64,000 bases of DNA from Craspedostauros australis (GCA_030167865.1 JALAGF010001278.1:1-64000); one strand, 5' to 3'; positions 46,147 through 57,538 are shown, numbered from the stretch's first letter. Program-made: numbers and translations. The notes: generated by a model not told the origin, from the letters alone.

Positions 46147-47781
46147 ATGCCCGGGCATACTCCACCCTCACCTCTGGCGGTTCCACACACCACCGACAAT
46201 GGTGGTGCTGGCAACGATAGTGACACTGCTCCCGCCGCTGCATCGCCGCACGCCAACTTCCTGCCTTCAAGTCCCATGAGCCAAAACCCACAGCTCCCCA
46301 CGACGGCATCCGCCTTGACGGCCAAAGTCGTCAACACCGACACTGTGCAGACCACCAGCAACAAGGCGCATCCCATGGCATCGCAGCCCTCCATCAACTT
46401 GAAAGCCACCGAGTCCACGGCCACGGCATCCGAATCTTCCGTCGACGGCCAGCGCCCTCACCAGCACGGCCCCATCATCGAGGAACGCGATTCGTTGGAT
46501 TACTTCTTCGAGAACGCCGATTCCGACACATCACGCGAAGTCTCCGTGTCCACGACGCAGCCCTTGCATGCGAAAGATGCGGAGGACGAACGCGCATCGC
46601 CGATTCGACAGCTGATCAAGATCAGCGCGAACACGTCCTCGGACGAGCCATCGCACGAGTTCCAGGACGCCACCACCATGCGCACCATGAAGAATCTGCT
46701 CGACGATAACTCCGCCACGGATGACAGCGACGCGGGTGCCGAAGGGGACGAGGGTGGCAAAGACGAGAACAATGAGGAGAAACAGCAGGGATCGATGGCA
46801 CCAACGCCCGTCAATGCAATGCCAGCACGGCAGATGAGCCGAACGCCACCGCAGCAGCAGCAGCACAACACATCCTCCGAGCGTGTGATCGATGATGGCG
46901 TGGACACGGGAGCGTTGACACCGCAAGATCCAAGGGCGCGCGTGGCACCGATGAGGCGATCAGGATCGATGAGCCATGGGTTGTCGGTCGCCACAGCCAA
47001 CGACGAAGGACGCGACGTCCTGTCCTACATCGTGGATCGGGTGATGAAGATGGGGGAGACGACTGACCTCGAGCAGGAGGCTCTCGATCAGGCCCTGAGG
47101 ACCGCCGAGTCGCTCCCACACGACGGCTCCGACACGTCCTCCCCTCTCAAGCTTCAGAATGAGATCATCATGCCTGTGTCGGGATCGTACGATGAAGGAT
47201 TCGAAGCCGTGGGACGCGGCACCTACCTCAACACATCCACGCTGGTGAATCCAGCCTACGCCAACGAGGAGAAGAGAGACGAGGACGCGGATGATTCATC
47301 GGTCAACCGCCCTGCCTTCTTCATTCACAACCGCCTGCCGGATGTGAGTCCGCTTCCGTCGCCCGTCGTGTCGATGAGCTATCCACCGCAGAGCGATATT
47401 GAGGCACAGCTCACATCGCCGCAAAAGCGGCTGAAGCGCGCCAGAGACAAGATGCGCGAAATCGAACGCTACGTCTTCGACAAGGTGTCTCACTCGCCCA
47501 CGGCGTCTGTTGCCGACAGGAGCCAGAGGTCATTCTCGGTCGCATCCACGCAGACTGGCATGTCGCTAGCGAACGGGAACACGCAGCCTGGGTCCATCAA
47601 GATAGTGAGCACTTCACCGGGCTCCATGCCGCAAGTGATGACGGCGGAGGAATTCATGAAGCGACAAAGGCAGAGCCGAAGACGGGATTTGGCACACAAC
47701 GTGGGGATTGGGTTGCTGGTGGTTGCCGGTGTTTCCTTCGTTGGGGTGATCATCTTCATGTGCTTCTACGTTTGGGCATGA
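46147..47781 (+). CDS. Intrinsically disordered tail-anchored membrane protein
   Basis: Long ORF rich in S/T/P/D/E. A basic patch is followed by a single C-terminal TM helix VGIGLLVVAGVSFVGVIIFMCFYVWA. First ATG at 46147. Confidence 0.8.
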   Translation: MPGHTPPSPLAVPHTTDNGGAGNDSDTAPAAASPHANFLPSSPMSQNPQLPTTASALTAKVVNTDTVQTTSNKAHPMASQPSINLKATESTATASESSVDGQRPHQHGPIIEERDSLDYFFENADSDTSREVSVSTTQPLHAKDAEDERASPIRQLIKISANTSSDEPSHEFQDATTMRTMKNLLDDNSATDDSDAGAEGDEGGKDENNEEKQQGSMAPTPVNAMPARQMSRTPPQQQQHNTSSERVIDDGVDTGALTPQDPRARVAPMRRSGSMSHGLSVATANDEGRDVLSYIVDRVMKMGETTDLEQEALDQALRTAESLPHDGSDTSSPLKLQNEIIMPVSGSYDEGFEAVGRGTYLNTSTLVNPAYANEEKRDEDADDSSVNRPAFFIHNRLPDVSPLPSPVVSMSYPPQSDIEAQLTSPQKRLKRARDKMREIERYVFDKVSHSPTASVADRSQRSFSVASTQTGMSLANGNTQPGSIKIVSTSPGSMPQVMTAEEFMKRQRQSRRRDLAHNVGIGLLVVAGVSFVGVIIFMCFYVWA

Positions 47782-48384
47782 AGAACAGGGGATCGATCGA
47801 GTTACGTATGCACAGTACTCTTCGAATACATAAGATAGGTGCATGCTTTAGTACTGGTTAGAAATGGATGACAACACAAGATTCTACTCGTTTGGTATCG
47901 TGCGTCATCCTCATCTTGCACCTCGAATACCTTGCATGGAAATGATTCCATGGTGAGCAGTAGCACGGACAGCACTGATGTTGACGCTGACGCTGGTGTT
48001 GAAGTTCCTACACCTATCTGCCTACGCCATCACTTTCGTCATGATGGAATCGAAGGAGTCCGGAATCCGAGATGCGTACGGAATCTTCCTGATCGCAAGA
48101 ATTCAAATTTTGGTTGGAGGTGGGTCGTGTTGCGTCGATCAAAGTGGTGGGAACACACACCGAGAAACTTCGTGACAGTGGAAGAGAACGGCTTCCGTGA
48201 CAGGTACATCAATTATTATTCGGAAGCGAAGACACATGATGCCCACTTCATCCGAAGGTTGTTCGCGGGACATGTGATGAGCTCGCCGTGCTTGCGAAGC
48301 ACAGCAAGGCGGTTCCTCCTGCTTCGATGAATCCAGAAGCTAATCGCATCACTATCTTTACCATCATCATTGTACCAACACATC

Positions 48385-49824
48385 ATGAAGTCAAGAAAGA
48401 GCATCGCAGAGTCCGCACCATCCTCCAGCGCCACCGCACCGCCGACTGCTGTGGCAGACAATGGCAGGACTGGAAGTAGCGACCATGTTAACAACGGCGA
48501 CAACCGCAAAGATCGAAGCCAGATGAATCGGGACGCGGAGATGACGGCCGAATCGCAGCATTCCGCAGCATTGCACTCTGCATCCAGCGGAAAACGCAGC
48601 AAGAAGCGATCGAGCGATCCTCACGAGAAGAAGACAGGAGCAACAGAGGTTGCGACCAAACGAACCAGCTCATCATCCTTCCAGCAACGCATGCAGGCCT
48701 ATCAGAGAGACTTTGGTGGTTCCGGCCATGCCAGCGCAACGCAACACACAGGCAACGCAAAGCGTGATCGCAGGGAATCATCAAGCCAGTCGCTGTCCAT
48801 CGCAAGCGGGAACACGGACGGCACGAGCAAGGATTCGAACGGCAAGCGTACGAGTCGTACCAACCACGTTGCCAGCCATGATGATGACGATGACGACGAC
48901 GATGAAAGTCCCGATCTCACAAGAGAGCAGCGCAAAGTGGTGCAGCTGCTGGCGGCACAAGCCTACCACCTTCCAGGCAACACATCCTTCCAAGACTGGA
49001 TGCAATACGTGTGGAGCAACAACCATCCCATCTTCGGCATCTGTTGCCATCATCCCTTGCATCCGCTGGGCAAGTGCTCCCGTGCCGTGGCACTGCTGGG
49101 ATTGGCACTGCTGGGTCTCATCCTCACCAACATCATCTACCTGGCATCCACCACAGAGGAGTATTCGCATTTCAATGATCCCCTCGTCACTGTCATGGTG
49201 GGCGATAACACGGACACCGCTGACATTGACACCACCGCTGACACCGACGCATCTACATCCACACTCCCATCCGCCTACACCATCACGACCGGAATGATGA
49301 TACTGTGGACTGTCGGCGGTGTGCTCCACACCGTGTTCTCGTTGTTCATTTGGCAGCTATCCGCCTGCGCCTGTTGTCGCTCGGGTGGATGGCTGGAGCG
49401 CATCGCATGCTGCCCCTCTCTGGGCAAGCGACTGGCCCGCCTGATCGTTCTGGCGCTGTGCCTTCTTGCGACGGCGATCGTCTTGACGCGTGCTTCCAGC
49501 GTCACGGATGTCAGCGATCACGACGGCAACACGATCGTGACCAACGAAGTGCCTGCTCAACAACCGCAACCCTCGACGATCGATGAAACGGCCGACGATC
49601 GGCGCAACTTCCAGTTCCTTGTCGGATACAGCGTCGAGCTGTTCCTGCTGATGTTCGTGTACTATCCTCTTGGCGCGACGTTGTTGTTTTCGGGCGTTTT
49701 GGGTTGCGGTCGTGTGCCGGTGCTGGGTGGACGTCCACGAGACATGTGGATGCTGGAGCAGCAACGGCAGCGCAAGGCGCGGCGGCAGAATCGTAGACGG
49801 CAGCGCGCCGAGAGAATGATATAG
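48385..49824 (+). CDS. Multi-pass (about 4 TM) membrane protein of unknown function
   Basis: Disordered N-terminus, NNHPIFGICCHHPLHP motif, four hydrophobic helices, Cys cluster ACACCR and C-terminal GCGRVPVLGGRP. Confidence 0.8.
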   Translation: MKSRKSIAESAPSSSATAPPTAVADNGRTGSSDHVNNGDNRKDRSQMNRDAEMTAESQHSAALHSASSGKRSKKRSSDPHEKKTGATEVATKRTSSSSFQQRMQAYQRDFGGSGHASATQHTGNAKRDRRESSSQSLSIASGNTDGTSKDSNGKRTSRTNHVASHDDDDDDDDESPDLTREQRKVVQLLAAQAYHLPGNTSFQDWMQYVWSNNHPIFGICCHHPLHPLGKCSRAVALLGLALLGLILTNIIYLASTTEEYSHFNDPLVTVMVGDNTDTADIDTTADTDASTSTLPSAYTITTGMMILWTVGGVLHTVFSLFIWQLSACACCRSGGWLERIACCPSLGKRLARLIVLALCLLATAIVLTRASSVTDVSDHDGNTIVTNEVPAQQPQPSTIDETADDRRNFQFLVGYSVELFLLMFVYYPLGATLLFSGVLGCGRVPVLGGRPRDMWMLEQQRQRKARRQNRRRQRAERMI

Positions 49825-50838
49825 AGCGTCGAGTCCCAGTCGAGTACTACTCGTATGTAGATGGAGTGTTGGGTATAGATTATAGATTATTAAATACAGC
49901 AGAATGCAACGCATGATACATGTTTTGCGTACGAGCATGATATGGCCATGGCGTCGGGGACCTTGACGCCGTGCCATGGTTGTTCAATTGCCGGGTGAGC
50001 ATTCCTTCGCATGACACTGTTCTGGTAAACACCAGTTGAATTCTGGAACAGTGCTTGCTCACATGAGCGCACGAGTACATGCGGATAGTACTTGCACGTG
50101 CGTAGGTACGTACTCTACGCCATTTGTACGCGACGCTGCCCTTGCCCAATGAGCGATGCTGATGTGCCTACTATACCTAACAATACGAAACGTGATCTCA
50201 TTGCATCATCGGTCATTTCGATGTCGTTGATGACATGCATCGCGCGATGGAGGATGGCGACACGATTGCAACGGACATCCTATTCAAACGATACTGTTCG
50301 AGGACCGAAACGGACAGCCTTGGATTGTGACTAAAGAGTCATGGTTGAGCGAAGGAGGTCACAAGCCAACAATCCCGACAAGACTGGACTGGAAGATACT
50401 TTGGCAGTCATTTTGACGGCACCACACAAGATACGGGCAAGCCAACCGAATGTTCCTCCCACGTCGCAATGGTGCCAATGTCCACATCAAACGATCTCTG
50501 GAGAACAAACGGAGACTTGTTGCCAACAGAGTTGCCGCTTTCATCGCAACATCACAGCATCACAACATCACAGTATCACGACATCCAACCACGCAGAGTC
50601 GAAAAAGAAGCAACTGCAACTCTCTGGAATCGCGCTGCCTCTCCATCAAGTGCCCGTAGCTGCGCTTCACTTGAGTGCGCTATACTTGCACCAATTGCAC
50701 CACTTGCACAAGCTATTCCATTATATAGCAATCACGGTGCTTCCGTCGTCTCCAAGTGTTATTCCTATTTGCATTACCACTTGCAATACCACCTGTAAAA
50801 ACACCTGTAAAACCGCCTGTAATACCATCTATTATACA

Positions 50839-52733
50839 ATGCCACGCCATCATCATCCATCGACAACATCGTTGGCATCGGTGCTTGTCGCTTTGCTGGC
50901 ATCATCGGTGCTTGTCACAGCTGCGGACGCGGCAAAGTTTGCAGACTGCACCAATGTCACGTTCTACAGCACCCTGAGTGGCAACAGCACCACGTGGACG
51001 AGAGAGGAGCTGCAGTCGTTGCTGAAGTCTCGGCATGAGACAGTCCCGTTCACCAACGCTGCCAACGAAGGCACGGATGATGCGTGGGCTGCCATCCGGG
51101 CGTTGGATCCCGAACTTGAGTTCAACGTCGTCAAGAAGGTGCATCTGCTCTACAAGAATGTGGAAGTCAACGCAGTTCCCTTCGGCGGCGTCAACTGGCA
51201 GAGAGGTCACGTCTGGGATGTGAGACGCGGCATCAGCGCGGATGGAGCAGACTACTCCGACGTGCACAATCTCCGTCCCGTCATGAAGGCCGGGGAGGAT
51301 GAGCGCAAGCTGACGCAGGGATACTTCGGAGAGTGCGGCGCGTTGGAGGCGCCCAACTCCTGCACGGAACCGGCCGCGGGTGGCGCATCGGACACCTGCA
51401 AGTGCAGCAAGCTGTACGAACCGGCCGATGATCGCAAAGGCGAGATCGCACGCACTCTGCTCTACATGGACCTGCGCTACGATGGCAGTGAGACGAACAC
51501 CCAGGATCTCACGTTGACAGACTGTCCATTCGATCTGCAGACGGACATGGGGTACCTCAGCCAGGTGTTGCAATGGAACACCATGTACCCGCCGGATGCT
51601 CGGGAACTCAACCGCAACGATGTGGCATGCGGGGATTGGCAGAACAACCGCAATCCGTTCGTCGATTTCCCAGAGCTGGCGGAACGGCTCTATCCGGCTC
51701 CGCAGGCGCTTCCGGCGCAGGGTGAGCTGTCGTACGCATCATGCGCGGACGTGCCCACGCAAACGCCAGCGTCGCCACCCAACGAATGCGAAAAGATCAA
51801 GCCAGGTGATATCTACGTGTACCTGATGAACAGCCAGGATCCGGATGAAGTGGGATTGTTCCCCTTCGTGGACCTCCCGGAGGGCCTCGTGCTGTACATG
51901 ACGGACAATGCCTGGGACGGCCTAAAATACAAAACCAACGAGGGGATTCTCAAGGTGAGCCATGGTTCTGCTTCTACTATTACGGTGCTTTCGTGCGTTT
52001 GTGCACGCGGCGATGCAAGGCCCTGTTCCATGAATTTGAGGACGGATGAGTAGCACTGCTGAGTGGAAGTGGCAACTCGCAATACATTCTGCTGCTCGAC
52101 TGCTATACTTCATTCCTAACGTTGATGTTGTTTTCCAAACTCATTGTTGATTCATCGTGGAACTTGTAATCTCACTTTCGATCTCACTTTCGCTCTCACT
52201 CTCACTCTCACTCTCGCTTATCACAGCTGACTGTCCCTGCAGGCGGCATAAAGTTTGGAACGCAGTTTGGCTTCGGCCCCCAATTCTCGGATCTGCCGGG
52301 CAATGATTGGAAGAAGGAGGAGGGTGTCTTCTCCTTGACCGGCCAAGGCGATCAGATCTTCCTCTACTGCTTTTCGGGCGACAACATGGTCCAGACCAAG
52401 CTGGGCTTCAGCTACAGCGGAGAGTGGGCGGCGAGCGGCCTCCCGGACTACGGTCTGAACGAAAGCGCCCTGCCACCGGAGTTGAAGACCAAAGGGTCGA
52501 TCGTGCTGCCGCACTTTGACAACTACCAGTACGACGGACCATCGGCCGCCAACAAGAGAGGCTGCGATAGCGCATGCGTGATCGCTGGATTGGAGGACAC
52601 GAAGAATTACGACGGGAGGGACGATGTGCGATTCCAGGCTGGACGTCAGAGCGGTGCCAACGCCGTGATTGGCTTGAGCTTCGTCACGTTGTCGACCTTG
52701 GTTGTGGCATTCTTTGGTGCAGCTGCTTTGTAG
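50839..52733 (+). CDS. Secreted, probably GPI-anchored Endonuclease I (EndA/Bsn-type His-Me finger) homolog with C-terminal beta domain, 2 exons (50839-51954, 52227-52733; 540 aa)
   Basis: Signal peptide and motifs RGHVW, SDVHNLRP, YEPADDRKGEIARTLLYMDLRY and WN...PPD.RE..RN....QNNRNPFVDFPE. The AAG|GTGAGC..TCACAG|CTG intron joins the 52335 ORF in frame. Ends in SGA followed by a hydrophobic tail. Confidence 0.9.
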
Positions 52734-53577
52734 GAAGAGTGGCACGTCTGTCATCTTTGAAGTGATGGCGCACGAGAGATGAATGCAAACGCTAGAAAGA
52801 AATCGGCTGTGATACTTACGAGCCAGGGAGAAGGACACCAGCAGAGCATGGCAGCCAAGAGGAAGGACGCATGCGTGCGTCTGGGACGCAGCCTAGCGTG
52901 CTGTCAGGACTTAATAGAATATAGCATCCGTGCTCAGCATGTCCACTCTGCCTCCATCTGCAGTGTGGCGGAGAGCGATGAAGCCAGCCATGGATGGAGT
53001 CGAGGCATTGGAAGAAACAACTTTGCATCTATAGCATGTAGAATAGTATGATCGTGTTGTTTTATGACGCAGAAGAACAAAGACAACCTCCTCCGTTCGT
53101 CGGCACTGCATGCGCATGAGTATGGTGGAACGATCACATGGATGGAGATGATGATGATGGTGGCGTCGCATCGTGATGTTAAAGTTGAGCATCTGCATCT
53201 CTTTCAATCGCTCGAGGTCGCTCTTGCTTCGCGTGTGATGCTATGCGATCGAACAGGCAAAAGACGGTCCAAGAAGAGGAAAGCGAACTGGCACAACCAC
53301 ACGACCAACGCGAAACAACAACCATGACCGCAAAGAGAAACGTGAAAAGTGGTATCGGAACGCACATCAATTTCACGAGAGCCATACTCTTCTTCGCTCT
53401 CCTTCTTCTGCCTCCCCTTCCATTCCCTTCTTTTCACATTCTCGAGGCTGAATCGTCGTAAAGCACCTTGGTCGCCGTTGCTACTGCCGCTGCCACTATC
53501 ACTGCAATTGCGATTGCTATTGCCATCATCATCATCATCATCATCCTTGGCGCCAACATCATCCACCAGTTGCCACC

Positions 53578-55137
53578 ATGATCACCCACAGAAGCGGTCG
53601 CACCCACAGCCATGCCAATCATCATGACAATCATCATGCCAATCATCACAGCCATGACAATCATCATGACAATCATCACAACCATGACAATCATCACAAT
53701 CCGCAACTGGGCCGCAGGGACAGCCACATGACGAACGAGGATTCCCACAGCGCCAACCACCGCGGCAGCAGCGTCAACAACGACTCCAGGTTCTGCTGCA
53801 ACATCTGCCTCGATGCCGCCATCGACCCGGTCGCCACGCAATGCGGCCATCTGTACTGCTGGCCGTGCCTCTACCGCTGGTTGGAACCAGGCATGCTGCC
53901 CAACGAAAAGGCCATGCTCCTGGGCAACCCCAACCGCCCCAGCATCCGCTCCCCGCTCACCAACGTCGATCGCATGCGCAGGATGTGTCCGGTGTGCAAG
54001 GCCAAGTGCTCCCTGCCTTCGTTGGTGCCCATCTACGTGCGCTCCGATGATTCCTTGCGCAGCCAACGTCGACGCAGCAGCGCCGCGGCGGCCAATGGGA
54101 GGAGCGTCCACGCTTCTGCGAACATGAATGATAATGGCGTCGATGCCAACAACGGAAATGATGGTGCGCATGACGACGTGATCGCCAGAGAAATCAGCGT
54201 GCAGATCAACCACAACGAGCTGAAGCAGAGCGCCGATGATGAGAATGACGAGGATGAACTTTCCATCTTGGAGGATGATCAGAGCAGCCATCATCTGCAT
54301 CTAGATGTCTGCGCTGACGACTACTTCAATAATTCACGTCGTGCTCGTGACACCGGATCTGCGAGGATTCCTGGCACTGTGGATAGTGGTCGAGCGCAAT
54401 CGCATGCAGCCAGGTATGAACCACCTTCAGCACCAATCAACCAGACCGAAGCCATTCACAGTAACATCAACAGTGCTGCTCCTGCTGCCGCTGATGCTGT
54501 CTCCAACAACATCAACAGCAGCAGCAGCTTCACGAGCGTCCCAATTGATGTGACTGTCTCCACAGGTTTGAGGCAACGCCGTGGACAGCACAGCAGCAGC
54601 ATCAACAACAGCATCGCCGCTGCCACCGCAACGAACACAACCACTCCTGCCACCACCACCGCCAACAACAGTATCAATACCAATACCAATACTGATAATG
54701 CCATTGGCAACAATAGAACGACGCCCATCCCGTCGCGTCCGACCGCATTCGTCAATCAACGCTCGGGCAGCGATGAAGTGGAGAGGCCGACGAGGAACGC
54801 CCCAACGCATCCAAATCCAAACATCGACAACGGCGCCGCAGCCATACGCCTCGCACCCGTGCCGCCCGGTGCATCCCTGGGCCATGGGCTGCTCCTGTCC
54901 TTCCAGCATGCCACGGTCCACAACACGTCTCCACGTGCTGCGGCAACCTCCTTTCATCCCGACAACATCCCGCCGTTGCACAGCAACCGCCACCGCATGC
55001 AGCAGTACGAAGGCAGCGGATGGAACTTTGGCAATGATCATCACGACATGGAATCCGACCCGACCGCCACGGAGTATCTGACGAGGGTGCTCTTCGTGCT
55101 GACATCCTTCCTCCTTCTTTGCCTTCTGCTGCTGTGA
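53578..55137 (+). CDS. RNF5/RMA1-like C3HC4 RING E3 ubiquitin ligase, tail-anchored (519 aa)
   Basis: FCCNICLD..DPVATQCGHLYCWPCLYRW...CPVCKA...LVPIY, C-terminal TM YLTRVLFVLTSFLLLCLLLL, His-rich N-terminus. ATG context gccaccATG; alternative start 53728. Confidence 0.9.
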   Translation: MITHRSGRTHSHANHHDNHHANHHSHDNHHDNHHNHDNHHNPQLGRRDSHMTNEDSHSANHRGSSVNNDSRFCCNICLDAAIDPVATQCGHLYCWPCLYRWLEPGMLPNEKAMLLGNPNRPSIRSPLTNVDRMRRMCPVCKAKCSLPSLVPIYVRSDDSLRSQRRRSSAAAANGRSVHASANMNDNGVDANNGNDGAHDDVIAREISVQINHNELKQSADDENDEDELSILEDDQSSHHLHLDVCADDYFNNSRRARDTGSARIPGTVDSGRAQSHAARYEPPSAPINQTEAIHSNINSAAPAAADAVSNNINSSSSFTSVPIDVTVSTGLRQRRGQHSSSINNSIAAATATNTTTPATTTANNSINTNTNTDNAIGNNRTTPIPSRPTAFVNQRSGSDEVERPTRNAPTHPNPNIDNGAAAIRLAPVPPGASLGHGLLLSFQHATVHNTSPRAAATSFHPDNIPPLHSNRHRMQQYEGSGWNFGNDHHDMESDPTATEYLTRVLFVLTSFLLLCLLLL

Positions 55138-56079
55138 GGGATGACGATGAATAATACTCTATGCGCAGAGTATCTACTCCACAAGATGATCCACAAGAGA
55201 AGCAGAAAGAGAGACAATGAATCCACTGAGCCTACTCTACCATGCACGTGAATGTGTTGCATTAACTAGATCTACATTCATACAGTCATACTATCAGGCG
55301 ACCACCAAGTTCGCATCGGCGCGCAAGCACCAAGTTTTCCACATGTTTGGCTAAGACTAAATTAATCGCACCGTGTCACGTGACTGTTTCATTTGATCGA
55401 TGTTCCGTGTGGACGCTCGCGACACGAGCATCGCCGGCGCTTGGATGCAGCACGTTGGCGGGAAATCGAGCCCGCCGACATCCACTTGCGCAATGGTGAT
55501 CTTCGAATTTGAATGAATGGCATCAACCCATCCCACACAAAATGTTTGAATGTCACGCTGCGACGATGGCAACATAACAGGGAGTGGTGTGTTGCAATGC
55601 GTTTCAATTCGATGCCATGCAATGCAAAGATGGCGGCAAAACCGAAACAAACCAAATCACGGAACAACGCGAGGCACAGAGTCTGTGATTAGCACCATGC
55701 GCGTCCTGCGATGGTTCAAATGAAGATGAAGTCTGCCTTTACGTGTTGCTGATACAAAAGAGGCACGATCGAAGCCATCTCCGCTCTGTCCATTTCATTC
55801 ATCAACATTACCAACCGCAGCATCATCGTCAACGTCGCTACCGTCGTGGTCGCATCATTGCCATACCGATTCATTCTGTTGCGCCGGCATACAATTGCTG
55901 CACCTCTCATCACAACACAAGAAACAGACAACGTTCCATCTCCTTCTTTCCTTTCTGCTGCCATTGATCCGCATCAGTATCGCAGTCAAGCCCATCGCAT
56001 TCACAACAATCGCATCCTCTGTTCAACTCCAAACACCAACAGCAATAATAACTCTACCAACGCCGACGACGACGAAGAC

Positions 56080-57538
56080 ATGATGAAGACCGCCTTGATC
56101 ACCCTCCTCGTTGCCACTCTGGCCATGGCAGACAAGGTGCGTTCCATCGCTGGTTGGGGCATGTTTCCCAAGAGGCACATCGCGTTGGTGTGATGCTCGA
56201 TCAACGAGATTCATCAAATCTGGGACACATACACACACGTGTGCAAGGGTGCTTGGGGTGTTGCAACATGATATCCTTCCCGCAAGCTCACACCGATCTG
56301 CTTGCTTTTTTATGCCATCAACTTGCTGCTTCCTCTTCATTTGTTGCCCCGTCTGCTCAACACACGCGGCGCAACATTTCGATACACCATGCGCTTCGTG
56401 AAATCCATCATCTCAACAGCCACCACAGCGCCAATTGAAGTCGAAGTCTGCGAATGCACCATCTGCCAACGAACACGGCAAGGAAACGAAGTCACCAAAG
56501 AGTTCAAAGAGTTCGAAGAGCGACAAATCAGACAAAAGCAACTGGGATTCGGAGACTGACACAGAGGAAATCAACACAACCGATCCGACCACTGTCGTCA
56601 CGGTCGAGCCAACCACTGCACAGAGTGCGGCGGTGGAGCTCATCGGCAATCCAACCAGCTTCTCCCGCATCGTTCATGGGGATTGCCCAGGATATTGCAT
56701 GGGCATCAGCGCCATGAACACCTTGGCGATGATCCCTTGCACTCTCAACTCAAACGTGCAGTATTGGAATGTGGCGCGCGACGGTGATCAATTCAAGCTG
56801 CAGCATGCTCCCACCGGTCTTTGCATCCCGCATCCAAGCACGTGCACCTTCCCTGGCAGCCAGGGCAACTGGGAGCTCGTGGATTGTGGCGACGGTGCCG
56901 TCTTCATGCATGGCGTCGACCCCGAGAATGCACCATTGCGCGTCATCAGCAGCACCTGCTTCTTCGATGGTGAGGAGATTGCGCTCGCCAGCGCTGGCTG
57001 CACCTCCCAGTCGCTCCTCTCCATGGACGTCGCATGGTCGCAGCTCACGGATTCCAACCAGCAAACCACAGTGCAGAACACCAACTTCAACATCGTCGAC
57101 ATGGGCATGTTTGACGAGACCACGAGCGAAGTCATCGAGACGGATGCCACGGACGGTGCTTCCAGCGGGTCGGTTGTCACAAGCATCGAGGCCAGCACGA
57201 TTCCGGAGGTCGTCGAAGACGAAGATAGCGGCGAAGAGGAGATCATCACCACATCCGCGACCGCCACCACTACCACCACCACTACCACTACCACCGCCGC
57301 CGCCGTCACCACCACATCCAAGGCCACACCGAAGGCCAAGACGGAGGGCAAGTCGGAGGGCAAGTCGAAGGGCAAGTCGAAGGGTCCATCCAAGGGTTCA
57401 ACGAAGAGCGACGAATCGGGAACCCTCACCAACGGCGACCTTCCAGAAGGTTTCAAAATGACCTTGCCGAAGAAGACGAGGCAGGAGTATCTGCACAACA
57501 CCTCCGGCAACCGCAAACGTCGTCAACGACGTAGATAG
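56080..57538 (+). CDS. Secreted Lys/Ser-rich protein with a ricin-B-lectin-like central domain, 2 exons (56080-56136, 56420-57538)
   Basis: Exon 1 MMKTALITLLVATLAMADK|GTGCGT; acceptor TCAACAG gives PPQRQLKSKS in frame (alternative acceptor at 56428). KxxK tracts, GYCMGI..C..QYW..TGLCI..C beta-trefoil-like pattern (inferred), and a poly-Thr tract. Confidence 0.78.

Noticed and set aside
50341..50838. ORF-track N-terminal extension of the endonuclease
   Set aside because: CA-rich leader-like sequence; the signal peptide follows ATG 50839.
55346..55360. TTTGGCTAAGA resembling the U2 snRNA 5' region
   Set aside because: The branch-pairing GTGTAGTA and the rest of U2 do not follow.
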